Assembly: GCA_041397365.1 (NCBI GenBank)
Contig: JAWKWT010000012.1
Location: 25,165 to 89,164, forward strand
Source: Xanthobacteraceae bacterium
Lineage (GTDB): Bacteria; Pseudomonadota; Alphaproteobacteria; Rhizobiales; Xanthobacteraceae
Reading direction: 5' to 3'
DNA length: 64,000 nucleotides
The stretch's first letter is position 1; each line of letters begins with the position of its first letter. Position numbers and translations under genes: made by a program. The notes beneath the pieces are model-generated. The model did not search any database, was not told the origin of the DNA, and worked only from the letters and a program-made list of their open reading frames with translations. Shown here in pieces: positions 9,000 through 17,734 of this stretch.

Positions 9000-10597
9000 A
9001 ATTCGGCGCGATGACACCGTTCGAGGCGATCGGCGGCGTGACGGTTCACAGCATCCGCCAGAACGGTCTCGTTCTGAAGAAGGGTGTCGTCATCGGCGAA
9101 GCCGAAGCCGAGGCGATGACCAAGGCCGGCGTCGCCGAGATCGTCGTCGCAAAGCTCGACGCGGGCGATGTGTCGGAGGACGAAGCTGCGGCCGACATTG
9201 CGGGCGCGATCGGCGGTGACGGCGTGATCGTCGAGCGCGCCTTCACGGGCCGTTCGAATCTGTTCGCGGCGAATGCCGGCGTGCTGGTGGTGGATCGCGA
9301 GGCAGTCGACAGTATCAACCGCGTCGACGAGGCGATTACGCTGGCGACGCTCGCCAATTTCAAGCCGGTGGTCGAGGGCGAGATGATCGCCACGGTCAAG
9401 ATCGTGCCGTTCGGCATGCCGGCGCGGTTGCGCGATGCGGCCGTCGCCAGCGTCGGCAAGGACGTGCTGCGCGTCGCGCCATATCGGATCAAGAAGGTTG
9501 GCATCGTCTCGACGCTGCTGCCGGGGCTCGCGCCAAAGGTCATCGACAAGACGCTGAAGGTGACGGCGGAGCGGCTCGCACCTGCGGAGGCGAAGATCAT
9601 CGCCGAGCGGCGGATTCAGCATGACAAGGATCAGCTCACCGCCGCCATCGCCGCGCTGCTCGGCGAGGGCGCGGAGCTGGTGATCGTGTTCGGCGCGTCG
9701 GCGATCGCCGACCGGCGCGACGTGATCCCGGCGGCCATCGAGAGCGTCGGCGGCATGGTCGAGCATTTCGGCATGCCGGTGGATCCGGGCAATCTGATGC
9801 TGGTCGGCCGGGTTGGTGCGACGCCGGTGCTGGGCGCGCCGGGCTGCGCGCGCTCGCCGAAGGAAAACGGTTTCGACTGGATTCTGATGCGGCTGCTCGC
9901 CGGCCTGCCGGTGACGCGCGCGGATATCACCGGGCTCGGCGTCGGCGGCCTGCTGATGGAAATCGTCACCCGTCCGCAGCTGCGCGTGGTGTCGCCGGCC
10001 GAGGGCAATCGCAAGGTCGCCGCGATCGTGCTGGCGGCCGGGCGCTCCAGTCGCATGGGCGGGCCGAACAAGCTTCTGGAAACATTGGGCGGAAAACCGC
10101 TGGTGCGGATCGTCGCCGAACAGGCGCTCAGTTCGCAGGCAGGTCCGGTGCTGGTCGTTACCGGCCATCAGGCGGAGCGGGTCCGCGCAGCGCTGGGTGG
10201 CTTGAACGTCCGCTTCGTCGCCAACGAGGATTATGCCAGCGGCATCGCCAGTTCGGTGAAGGCCGGCATCGCCGCCGTGCCGGATGAGGCGGACGGCGCG
10301 ATCGTCTGCCTCGGCGACATGCCGCTGGTCGATGCCGGGCTGATCGATCGGCTGATCGGCGCGTTCGCTCCGGACAAGGGCGCGCTGGTGGTGCTGCCGG
10401 CCGCCGAGGGGCGGCGCGGCAATCCCGTGCTGTGGTCGCGCCGTTTCTTCGACGAACTGATGACGCTCGAAGGCGATGTCGGCGCGCGTCATATGATCGC
10501 GCGCCATGCGGAAGCCGTGGTGGAGGTCGAGACCGACGGGCAGCGCGCGTTTCTCGATATCGACACGCCGGAGGCGCTGGCGCTCGCGCGCGGCTAA
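8996..10597 (+). CDS. molybdopterin-binding (MoCF-biosynthesis domain) protein fused to a MobA/MocA-like nucleotidyltransferase
   Basis: N-terminal half has ...ELVIVFGASAIADRRDVIPAAIE...PVDPGNLMLVG. C-terminal half has AAIVLAAGRSSRMGGPNKLL...CLGDMPLV, the MobA-like NTP-transferase motif. Confidence 0.75.
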   Translation: MKFGAMTPFEAIGGVTVHSIRQNGLVLKKGVVIGEAEAEAMTKAGVAEIVVAKLDAGDVSEDEAAADIAGAIGGDGVIVERAFTGRSNLFAANAGVLVVDREAVDSINRVDEAITLATLANFKPVVEGEMIATVKIVPFGMPARLRDAAVASVGKDVLRVAPYRIKKVGIVSTLLPGLAPKVIDKTLKVTAERLAPAEAKIIAERRIQHDKDQLTAAIAALLGEGAELVIVFGASAIADRRDVIPAAIESVGGMVEHFGMPVDPGNLMLVGRVGATPVLGAPGCARSPKENGFDWILMRLLAGLPVTRADITGLGVGGLLMEIVTRPQLRVVSPAEGNRKVAAIVLAAGRSSRMGGPNKLLETLGGKPLVRIVAEQALSSQAGPVLVVTGHQAERVRAALGGLNVRFVANEDYASGIASSVKAGIAAVPDEADGAIVCLGDMPLVDAGLIDRLIGAFAPDKGALVVLPAAEGRRGNPVLWSRRFFDELMTLEGDVGARHMIARHAEAVVEVETDGQRAFLDIDTPEALALARG

Positions 10598-10688
10598 CCG
10601 CGACCCGCCGCCGCATCCGGTTCCGTCTTCACCAAACGGCAACTGCTTTTGCCTAGCCTGCTCTCCGTTGTTCGGGGAGGGGGCTCCT

Positions 10689-11063
10689 TTGCCAAAACTG
10701 TTTTTGCGCGCGATGGCTGTCGCGGTCGCGCTGATCGTGAGCGCGATGGCGGGGCCGGAGGCGCGTGCGGCGGGCGCGCTCGCCGTCGGCCAGTGCGGCG
10801 CTTTTGGGCATGCGTTCGATTTCGGCCGCTCCAGGGATGCGGTCGAGGCGGCGAAGAAGCAGTGCCATGGCGATTGCAAGGCGATCCCGATGGCGCGTGC
10901 GTGCGCGGCGCTGTCGATCGACATGGCGAATCCGTGCGGCGCGCATGGTTATGCGGTGGCGCCGAAGATTTCCGCGGCGCTGAACGGCGCGACCAAAAAT
11001 TGTTACAAGTTCGGTGGCAAGGATTGCGTGATCCGTGCCTGGGCCTGCGACGCGCGGGGATGA
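10689..11063 (+). CDS. secreted Cys-rich protein (DUF4189-like)
   Basis: Signal-like LPKLFLRAMAVAVALIVSAMAGPEARA, then GALAVGQCGAFGHAFD...AKKQCHGDCK...CAALS...CGAHGYA...KNCYKFGGKDC. GGAGG lies before TTG 10689; ATG 10713 is an alternative start. Confidence 0.6.
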   Translation: MPKLFLRAMAVAVALIVSAMAGPEARAAGALAVGQCGAFGHAFDFGRSRDAVEAAKKQCHGDCKAIPMARACAALSIDMANPCGAHGYAVAPKISAALNGATKNCYKFGGKDCVIRAWACDARG

Positions 11064-11079
11064 GCGACGTCGGAAGTAT

Positions 11080-11823
11080 TCAACGTCGCGTCAGGACACC
11101 GAAGCGGCCATAGGCGCCGGAGCGGCTGTTGTTGTCGATCGCGTAACCGCCGCCGAGCGACCATTCGAAATCGCCGGTGCGGAAGGCGGTGACATGCGCC
11201 CCCACGCGATACTGCCGATAGTGGAAATCCGTGAACGTTTCGATTTCGGGGCCGGCGAAGAAATGATCCATGAAGCGCCAGCCGAAGGCTGCGCGCGCGC
11301 CGAACGTGTTGCCGATCGTCGATCCCGACGCTGACGCTGCGACCATCACGTCCGGCACCGGCTGCCACCAGGCTTCGGCGTTGACGCGCACGCCGTAGAG
11401 CATGCCTTGCAGCTTGTTGTTGAAGTCGAACGTGCTCAGCCGGTGATATTGAAAGTCCGGCCCGACAAACATGCGAAGCTCGAAACCGTTTCGCTCAAGC
11501 CGATAGCCGGCCATGATCGAGTCGAGCGCATGCACGCCGATCACGTTGACGCCGCCCGAACGGTAGCGATAGGCGCCGCCGGCCGACAGCAATTTTATGA
11601 GAAACCCGTCCCGCGTGAGCGTTTGCGGCGCCCATAGCAGCCCCGCATGGCCCGAGAGTCCGTTCCGCCAGATATCGAAGCCGGCGAACAGCATAACCGT
11701 CTCGGCGGTGTGGCCGCCGCGCAGGAAATCACGCGTGTCGTCGTCCCATGTCGCAAGGGCGGAGCTGGGAGTGCCCAGCATCAGCAAGGTTCCGAGCCAT
11801 AGTCTGTCCGCAACACGACCCAT
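11080..11823 (-). CDS. outer-membrane beta-barrel protein (BcsS-like)
   Basis: Signal peptide LWLGTLLMLGTPSSALA. Alternating aromatic/Gly beta-strand pattern, ending ...GAYGRFGVLTRR. The family name is from recollection only. Confidence 0.65.
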   Translation of the reverse strand: MGRVADRLWLGTLLMLGTPSSALATWDDDTRDFLRGGHTAETVMLFAGFDIWRNGLSGHAGLLWAPQTLTRDGFLIKLLSAGGAYRYRSGGVNVIGVHALDSIMAGYRLERNGFELRMFVGPDFQYHRLSTFDFNNKLQGMLYGVRVNAEAWWQPVPDVMVAASASGSTIGNTFGARAAFGWRFMDHFFAGPEIETFTDFHYRQYRVGAHVTAFRTGDFEWSLGGGYAIDNNSRSGAYGRFGVLTRR

Positions 11824-11964
11824 GACGACGCACTCGCCATACTATCGACGATAAACAGCAATATTTAATATCAATGTCGCGAGTATGGGCGGATGTCGTT
11901 TGCTCTGCAAGGGGAACGATGGCTGCGTCCCCAGCGGCAATGAGATCCAGTGCGGCGCATCAAA

Positions 11965-12438
11965 CTAGAATTGCGGCGCGACGAGATCTTCGATCGTGAC
12001 GTGCTCGCGCTCCTCGATGATCTCCGCGATGAATTTTCGGTGGCAGACCCGATGGTCGCGCTCGTAGCAGAGGATGCAGACGGGGCCCGCCGTCTCGACC
12101 AGCGCAGCGAGTTCGTCCATCTCTTCTTTCGCTTGCGGGGTCTTCAGATGCTTCATGTAGATGCGATGCATCGTCTTGACGTCGCCGGACCTGGCCGCGA
12201 TCCGTCCTTCTTTCGGCGTGCCGAGAGCGCGCAGATGAATATAACCGATGCCGCGTTCCTTCAGTCCGGCCGAAAGCGCGCCCTTGGAAAATCCCGGCCG
12301 GCGCGACGACGCGACGGCGCGCACATCCACCAGCAGTTTCACGCCCGCGCCTTCAAGTTCGTCGAGCACCGCCTTCGGCGGCGTCTGTTCGTAACCGATC
12401 GTGTACAGGCGTTTTTTCTTCGCAGATGTGTTCGCCAT
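11965..12438 (-). CDS. DUF488 family protein
   Basis: RLYTIGYEQTPPKAVLDELEGAGVKLLVDVRAVASSRRPGFSK...CILCYERDHRVCHR is the typical DUF488 signature. Confidence 0.8.
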   Translation of the reverse strand: MANTSAKKKRLYTIGYEQTPPKAVLDELEGAGVKLLVDVRAVASSRRPGFSKGALSAGLKERGIGYIHLRALGTPKEGRIAARSGDVKTMHRIYMKHLKTPQAKEEMDELAALVETAGPVCILCYERDHRVCHRKFIAEIIEEREHVTIEDLVAPQF

Positions 12439-12473
12439 TGGTCTTGCCTTGGCTTTGCTCCGCTGTCGCGCGC

Positions 12474-13433
12474 CTAACCCAGCCGGGAAATCAGCTCCAT
12501 CGCCGCCGCCGGCGCGCGCACCTTACCCTCGTGAATGACATAGGCGAACACGTCGCGCGGCACCTTCGGCGCATCGGCCTTGTCGACGCGCGGCAGGTCC
12601 GCCGGCTGGCCGCCCTTCGCCCAGACTTTCAGCCGTTCGGTCCAGGTGTCGAGCGCCTTCGGCGGATAGCCCGTGGCGAGCTTGTCGTCGCCCTTTTGCA
12701 GGCGCGCATAGACGAAGTCCGAGGTGATGTCGGCGATCTCGGTGTAGGTCTCGTGTTCGGAATAGACGATGCCGACATTGAACTGTCGCACAAGCGCGAT
12801 GAAGGCCGGTGTCTTGAAGCTGTCATGCCGCACCTCGACCACATGCCGCAGTTTCTGATTGCCGACCTTGTGCGGCAGCAATTCCAGAAATTTGCCGAAA
12901 TCCGCCTCGTCGAACTTCTTGTGCGGGTTCATCTGCCAGAGCAGGGGGCCGAGCCGGTCGCCGAGTTCGAGCACGCCGGAATCGATGAATTTCTTGATCG
13001 AGTCGCCGGCTTCGGCCAGCACGCGGCGGTTGGTGACATAGCGCACGCCCTTCACCGAGAACACGAAACCGTTCGGCACCTCGGACGCCCATTTGTGAAA
13101 GGTCGCCGGCGTCTGCGAGCGATAGAACGTGCCGTTGATCTCGATCGAGGTCAGATGGCGCGAAGCGTAGGGCAGCTCCTGCGCATGCGGCAGGCCGTCC
13201 GGATAGAATACGCCGCGCCAGGGCTCGAACGTCCAGCCCCCGATGCCGGTGTAGATGCGTCCGCCGCCCTCGACGGTTTGCGGCGCGATCGCGGTTCCGG
13301 AATCGGCGATCACCGAAGCTGAAGACGCCTTGGTTTTCGGCGCGGCTTTTTTTACAGTCCTTTTTCCTGCTCTTTTTGCGGATTTGTCAGGCGCCGCTGC
13401 TTTCGGCTGCGCCGGTTTCGAACTTTTCGCCAT
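12474..13433 (-). CDS. DUF72 family protein with a Lys/Ala-rich N-terminal tail
   Basis: IYTGIGGWTFEPWRGVFYP...HLTSIEINGTFYR...LGPLLWQM is the DUF72 core. Start at ATG 13433 (MAKSSKPAQPKAAAPDKSAKRAGKRTVKKAAPKTK). Confidence 0.8.
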   Translation of the reverse strand: MAKSSKPAQPKAAAPDKSAKRAGKRTVKKAAPKTKASSASVIADSGTAIAPQTVEGGGRIYTGIGGWTFEPWRGVFYPDGLPHAQELPYASRHLTSIEINGTFYRSQTPATFHKWASEVPNGFVFSVKGVRYVTNRRVLAEAGDSIKKFIDSGVLELGDRLGPLLWQMNPHKKFDEADFGKFLELLPHKVGNQKLRHVVEVRHDSFKTPAFIALVRQFNVGIVYSEHETYTEIADITSDFVYARLQKGDDKLATGYPPKALDTWTERLKVWAKGGQPADLPRVDKADAPKVPRDVFAYVIHEGKVRAPAAAMELISRLG

Positions 13434-13678
13434 GACCGCCTCTTGAAAACCGCAATTGCGTGACCATATGCTTTCCAACGGCGATGTCGATGCTCTCAAA
13501 CGCTCCGTCGCTGGGACGACCACGCTCTGATCTGCTGCGCCGGATGTACGCGCAACATGTAGATCAAGTCGTGGTCGTTGGCATTTTTGGGGCTCGCACG
13601 AGACCCGCACGTCGGAAACCGACTTGTTCCACCCCCGCCTTTCAGAGGCCACCCGTTTTGCGGGAATTGGCTACGCGG

Positions 13679-13927
13679 TCAACGTGCGCGTTTGAAGCGC
13701 ACGCCACCGCCTTCGGGCAGGCGGAACGCGATATAACCACCCGCAAGGCAGGCTTCCCGCTGCGGCATCTTTTCCTGCGGACTGCGGCGCGTCTCCCACC
13801 AGGAGGCGCGCTGCGCCGCGCGCGGCAGCGATTGGCCGATCAACTCCTCGATCTCGTCGAAAGAGAGAACGAATTCGGCGGCGGTCTGCCGCTTCAGATA
13901 GTCGCGCAGGGCGTCGTAGTTGCTCAC
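13679..13927 (-). CDS. hypothetical small protein
   Basis: 82-aa ORF, MSNYDALRDYLKRQTAAEFVLSFDEIEELIGQSLPRAAQRASWWE... Codon usage is host-like. Confidence 0.55.
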   Translation of the reverse strand: MSNYDALRDYLKRQTAAEFVLSFDEIEELIGQSLPRAAQRASWWETRRSPQEKMPQREACLAGGYIAFRLPEGGGVRFKRAR

Positions 13928-13999
13928 GGGATCGCTCGGTCTCTTTATTCTGGCATCAGGGTTGTCCGAAACCCGCTTCGCACTTTTCGGCCCGATGCT

Positions 14000-14859
14000 C
14001 TAGTGGTCGCCGTCTTTCCACGGGCGAGGGGTCGCGCGCTCCTGCGCGCTGAAACGATCGTTCTGCTTCTTCGACCATGCGACGCGGTCGTCGCCGTCCA
14101 TTTCGCGCCGCGACGAATGGCTCAGCAGCCAGAAATTGCCGGAGGCGCGCACGGCCGCAGATTGGCCCATGATGTCGGCCGCCTGATTGACGGACATTTT
14201 CGACAGTTTCAGCGACAGCAGATCGTTCAGCGCGATGCGTTCGGCGAGCCATTTCGTCGCCGACTGCAGTTCCGCGCGCGGCACCACATGATTGACCATG
14301 CCGAGCTGCCGGGCGGTGGCTGCGTCGATGAAATCTCCGGTCCAGAGATACTCCTTGGCCTTCTTCACGCCGAGGTCGAAGAAATGCGTCGGGTATTCGT
14401 GATGCACGCTGCCCCAGCGCACCGAACGGTCGGCGAATTTCGCATCCTCCGAGGCGATCGCGAGATCGCAACAGGCCGCCAGCATCCACGATCCCATGAT
14501 GCAATAGCCCTGGATCATGGCGATGGTCGGCTTGCCGATGTTGCGCCAGCGGTCGTGCATCCGCCAATAGACGCCGCTGTCCATGTCCTTCACCCGGCCC
14601 ATCGGCGTGTTGTCGCGCGGAAAGTCCGGCAACTCGCTCACCATCTCCGCCGAACCGAGATCATGCCCCGCGCCGAAATGATCGCCGGCGCCTGCGACGA
14701 TGATGACCTTCACGCCGTCATCGTCCTCCGCGCGCGAAAACGCCTGGTCGAGTTCGGCATAGACGCAGCGGCTGATCGCATTCAATTGCGCTCGGGGCGG
14801 TCGACCATGATGGTGACGATCTCGCCTTCCTGCTCGTAGCGTACATATTTGGCGTCCAT
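14000..14859 (-). pseudogene. enoyl-CoA hydratase/isomerase family protein, frame broken near 14786
   Basis: AGGAGA RBS plus ATG 14859 gives MDAKYVRYEQEGEIVTIMVDRPERN*. The crotonase fold continues in ORF 14000..14785 (LNAISRCVYAELDQAF...VIIVAGAGDHFGAGHDL). One nt is missing in cgcaa-ttgaat. Confidence 0.8.
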
Positions 14860-14906
14860 CGTGCTCTCCTTGGTCTTCGGAACAGGCATCGTCGCCGGCC
14901 GCGGCC

Positions 14907-16607
14907 TCAGGTCCCGCTGGACGAGGCCGTCTGCACCGCGATCGGCACTTCGTTCATGGCGATATCGGGCGTCTCATCCTTCCAGCGGACCGAGCCGAAC
15001 GGACGCTCCAGCATCCGGCGGATGCGAACGGGGCCGGGACCCATATGCATGTCGCTGGCGGTCTTCTGCACGGCCCGCTCGGCCAGCGTCGGCCGGCTGC
15101 GCTGGCGCAGATAGTCGTACCAAGTCGGGCAATGGTAGCGTTCGGTCCAGAGCGCGGGGTCGGCGACATCGCGGGCGATCGACCAGCCATAGGCGCCGTT
15201 GCGCTGCCGGTTCAACTGCACCTCCTGCATGATGCGGTAGAAGGTGCGGGCGTTCTGCGGATCGATCCGGTATTCGAGTTCGACCACGATCGGCCCGCTG
15301 CGCGGCGTCAGCGCCAGACGCACCTCCGGATCGGTGGCCGGATCGGCGGCGTCGCGGTTGGTGCCGTCCACCTCCGGCATGCGCAGCCAGATCGCGGCCA
15401 GCGGCGACAGGCTGAGAGCGATGGCGCAGACCAGAAACGTCGTCTGGATGCCGATATGATCGGCCATATAGCCCCACATCCAGCTTCCGACCGCGAGTCC
15501 GCCGGAATTGGCGCTGCGGAAACCCGCCAGCGCACGGCCCGACACCCAGCGCGGCGCCGAGAGCTGGATCGAGATGTTGAACAGCGCCATCGACATCATC
15601 CAGCCGGCGCCGCAGAGCGTCAGCGCCACGGCCGTCACCGCGGGAATTTTGCTCATGGCGGCGATGCCGGTGCCGATGGCCATCAGCCACATGCAGCTTG
15701 TGGCGGCGACTTCGCTTCCGAACTTCTTGCGGACCGTACCGACATAGAGCGCGCCGACGATCGCGCCGATGCCGAACGCGCCGAGCATCACGCCATAGGT
15801 CTGCGCGCCGCCGCCCAGCACATCGCGCACCAGCAGCGGCAGAAGCGCGAACACCGACGCGCCCAGAATTCCGGTGATGGCGCAGCGGACCATCACCGTG
15901 CGCATCGGCGGCGAGTTCAAGACGTAGCGAATTCCGGAGATGATCGCGCGTGTGAGCCGTTCCGGCGGCAGCCGTGACGGCTCGACCTTGCGCCGCCAGA
16001 AATACAGTGCGGCGATCAGCGGCAGGTAGGACAGCGCGTTGACGGTGAAGGCGGCGACAGCGCCTGCCGCGGCCACGACCGCGCCGCCGATCGCCGGACC
16101 GAAGCTGCGGGCGATGTTGAAGCTGATGGCGTTCAACGCGATCGCGGCCGGCAGCATCTGCGGCGGAACCTGTTCGTTGACCGAGGACTGCCAGGCGGGG
16201 CCGAACAGGGCCGTGCCGGCGCCGATCGCGAAGCAGAGGGCGAGCAGGCTGATCGGCGTGACGAGATCGAACCATGCCAGCACCGAGAGGGCGGCGGAAG
16301 CCGCGAGCGTTATCAGCAGCGCGACAAGCCCGACGATGCGCCGGTCGTACATGTCCGCGATCGCGCCGGCGGGCACCGACAGCAGCATGATCGGCAGCAT
16401 CGCCGCCGTCTGCACCAGAGCGACCATGTCGGCCGAATTGGTCATCTGGGTCATCGCCCAGGCGGCGCCGACGCCCTGAATCAGCGAGCCGAAATTCGAC
16501 AGCAGGCTTGCGGTCCAGATCCGGCGGAAAACGGTTTCGCGTAAGGGCGCGCCGACCTGATCGTCAGCGAAAATGCGTTGAAACATGCCTTGCCGGGACG
16601 GCGCCAT
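14907..16607 (-). CDS. MFS transporter with a ~160-aa soluble C-terminal extension
   Basis: 12 predicted TM segments (FRRIWTASLLSNFGSLIQGVG..., MFS_3-like), then a hydrophilic tail EVRLALTPRSGPIVVELEYRIDPQNARTFYRIMQEV... Confidence 0.8.
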   Translation of the reverse strand: MAPSRQGMFQRIFADDQVGAPLRETVFRRIWTASLLSNFGSLIQGVGAAWAMTQMTNSADMVALVQTAAMLPIMLLSVPAGAIADMYDRRIVGLVALLITLAASAALSVLAWFDLVTPISLLALCFAIGAGTALFGPAWQSSVNEQVPPQMLPAAIALNAISFNIARSFGPAIGGAVVAAAGAVAAFTVNALSYLPLIAALYFWRRKVEPSRLPPERLTRAIISGIRYVLNSPPMRTVMVRCAITGILGASVFALLPLLVRDVLGGGAQTYGVMLGAFGIGAIVGALYVGTVRKKFGSEVAATSCMWLMAIGTGIAAMSKIPAVTAVALTLCGAGWMMSMALFNISIQLSAPRWVSGRALAGFRSANSGGLAVGSWMWGYMADHIGIQTTFLVCAIALSLSPLAAIWLRMPEVDGTNRDAADPATDPEVRLALTPRSGPIVVELEYRIDPQNARTFYRIMQEVQLNRQRNGAYGWSIARDVADPALWTERYHCPTWYDYLRQRSRPTLAERAVQKTASDMHMGPGPVRIRRMLERPFGSVRWKDETPDIAMNEVPIAVQTASSSGT

Positions 16608-16769
16608 ACCTTGCTCTTAGGCGGGGCCGGCCCGCACGTCTATCGCTTGCAACTATTGCTTCCGGCCTATTGTCGACGGGATAGATTCGGGGATCAAGCC
16701 CAAACGACGATTGTCCCGTCGGATGCGAGTTGCGGCTCTCCATCCGGACCGATTGCGGGGTCGGCCGCC

Positions 16770-17561
16770 TCAGCGCGGCCACGCCCGCAACGCAATGAGG
16801 CCGCCATCGATCGGCAGCAGGATGCCCGTCACCCAGCGCGATTCGTCGGAGGCGAGATAGACCGCGCCATAGGCGATGTCCCATGCCGTGCCTTCGGTTT
16901 CCATCGGCACCATCTTGCGCCGCCGCTCGCGCGCTTCGTCGCCGAGATGCGCGACCATCGGCGTATGCACTGAGCCGACGATGATGCAATTGGCGCGGAT
17001 GTTCTGCGTCGCATAGTCGGCTGCGACCGATTGCGTGAAGCCGTGCAGGCCGGCTTTCGCGGTGGAATAGGCAACCGCGCCGGTGCTGTTGCCCGTCAGG
17101 CCGCGGGCGCCGGCGATCGACGACACCATGATGATCGAGCCGCCGCCGCCGGCCTTCATGCGCGGCAGACAGGCTTTGGAGCACAGCATCGTCGTGGTGA
17201 GATTGGCTTCGAGCACGCTGTTCCAGCCTTCCAGCGTCACCGTTTCGGGGGTACCCGGCGCGCCGATGCCGACGTTGTTGTGCAGGATGTCGAGCCGGCC
17301 ATAGGTCTTCATGGTGAAATCGGCCATCGCCTCGCACACGTCGGGTTTGGCGACGTCGCCGGCGAACACCGACGCCTCGAAACCTTCGTCCTTGATCTGC
17401 TTCGCCAGCTTTTCGGCCCGTTCCGCGCTGCGGTTCACCAGCACGACCTTCGCGCCCTCACGCGCGAACATGATGGCGGTCGCCATGCCGTTGCCGACGC
17501 CGTCTCCGCGCGGCGCCGCGCCCGTCACCACCGCTACCTTGCCGTCCAGCCGCCCCGCCAT
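16770..17561 (-). CDS. short-chain dehydrogenase/reductase
   Basis: GKVAVVTGAAPRGDGVGNG..., catalytic YSTAKAG. GAGGAGG lies before ATG 17561. Confidence 0.88.
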   Translation of the reverse strand: MAGRLDGKVAVVTGAAPRGDGVGNGMATAIMFAREGAKVVLVNRSAERAEKLAKQIKDEGFEASVFAGDVAKPDVCEAMADFTMKTYGRLDILHNNVGIGAPGTPETVTLEGWNSVLEANLTTTMLCSKACLPRMKAGGGGSIIMVSSIAGARGLTGNSTGAVAYSTAKAGLHGFTQSVAADYATQNIRANCIIVGSVHTPMVAHLGDEARERRRKMVPMETEGTAWDIAYGAVYLASDESRWVTGILLPIDGGLIALRAWPR

Positions 17562-17734
17562 GTCGTCGTCCTCCTCAGGTTTCCCCAGCTTTGCCGGATG
17601 TCGTTCGAACGGCCACCTTAGCCGGTGATGTCGCCGCTGGCGAATGACGTTTGCGGAGGCGTCTAATCGGAAATCGCAGGCTCGCTTGCGCTTGAAAGAT
17701 GTCTGCGGCCTTCGCATAGTGACGCAAAGACAAA

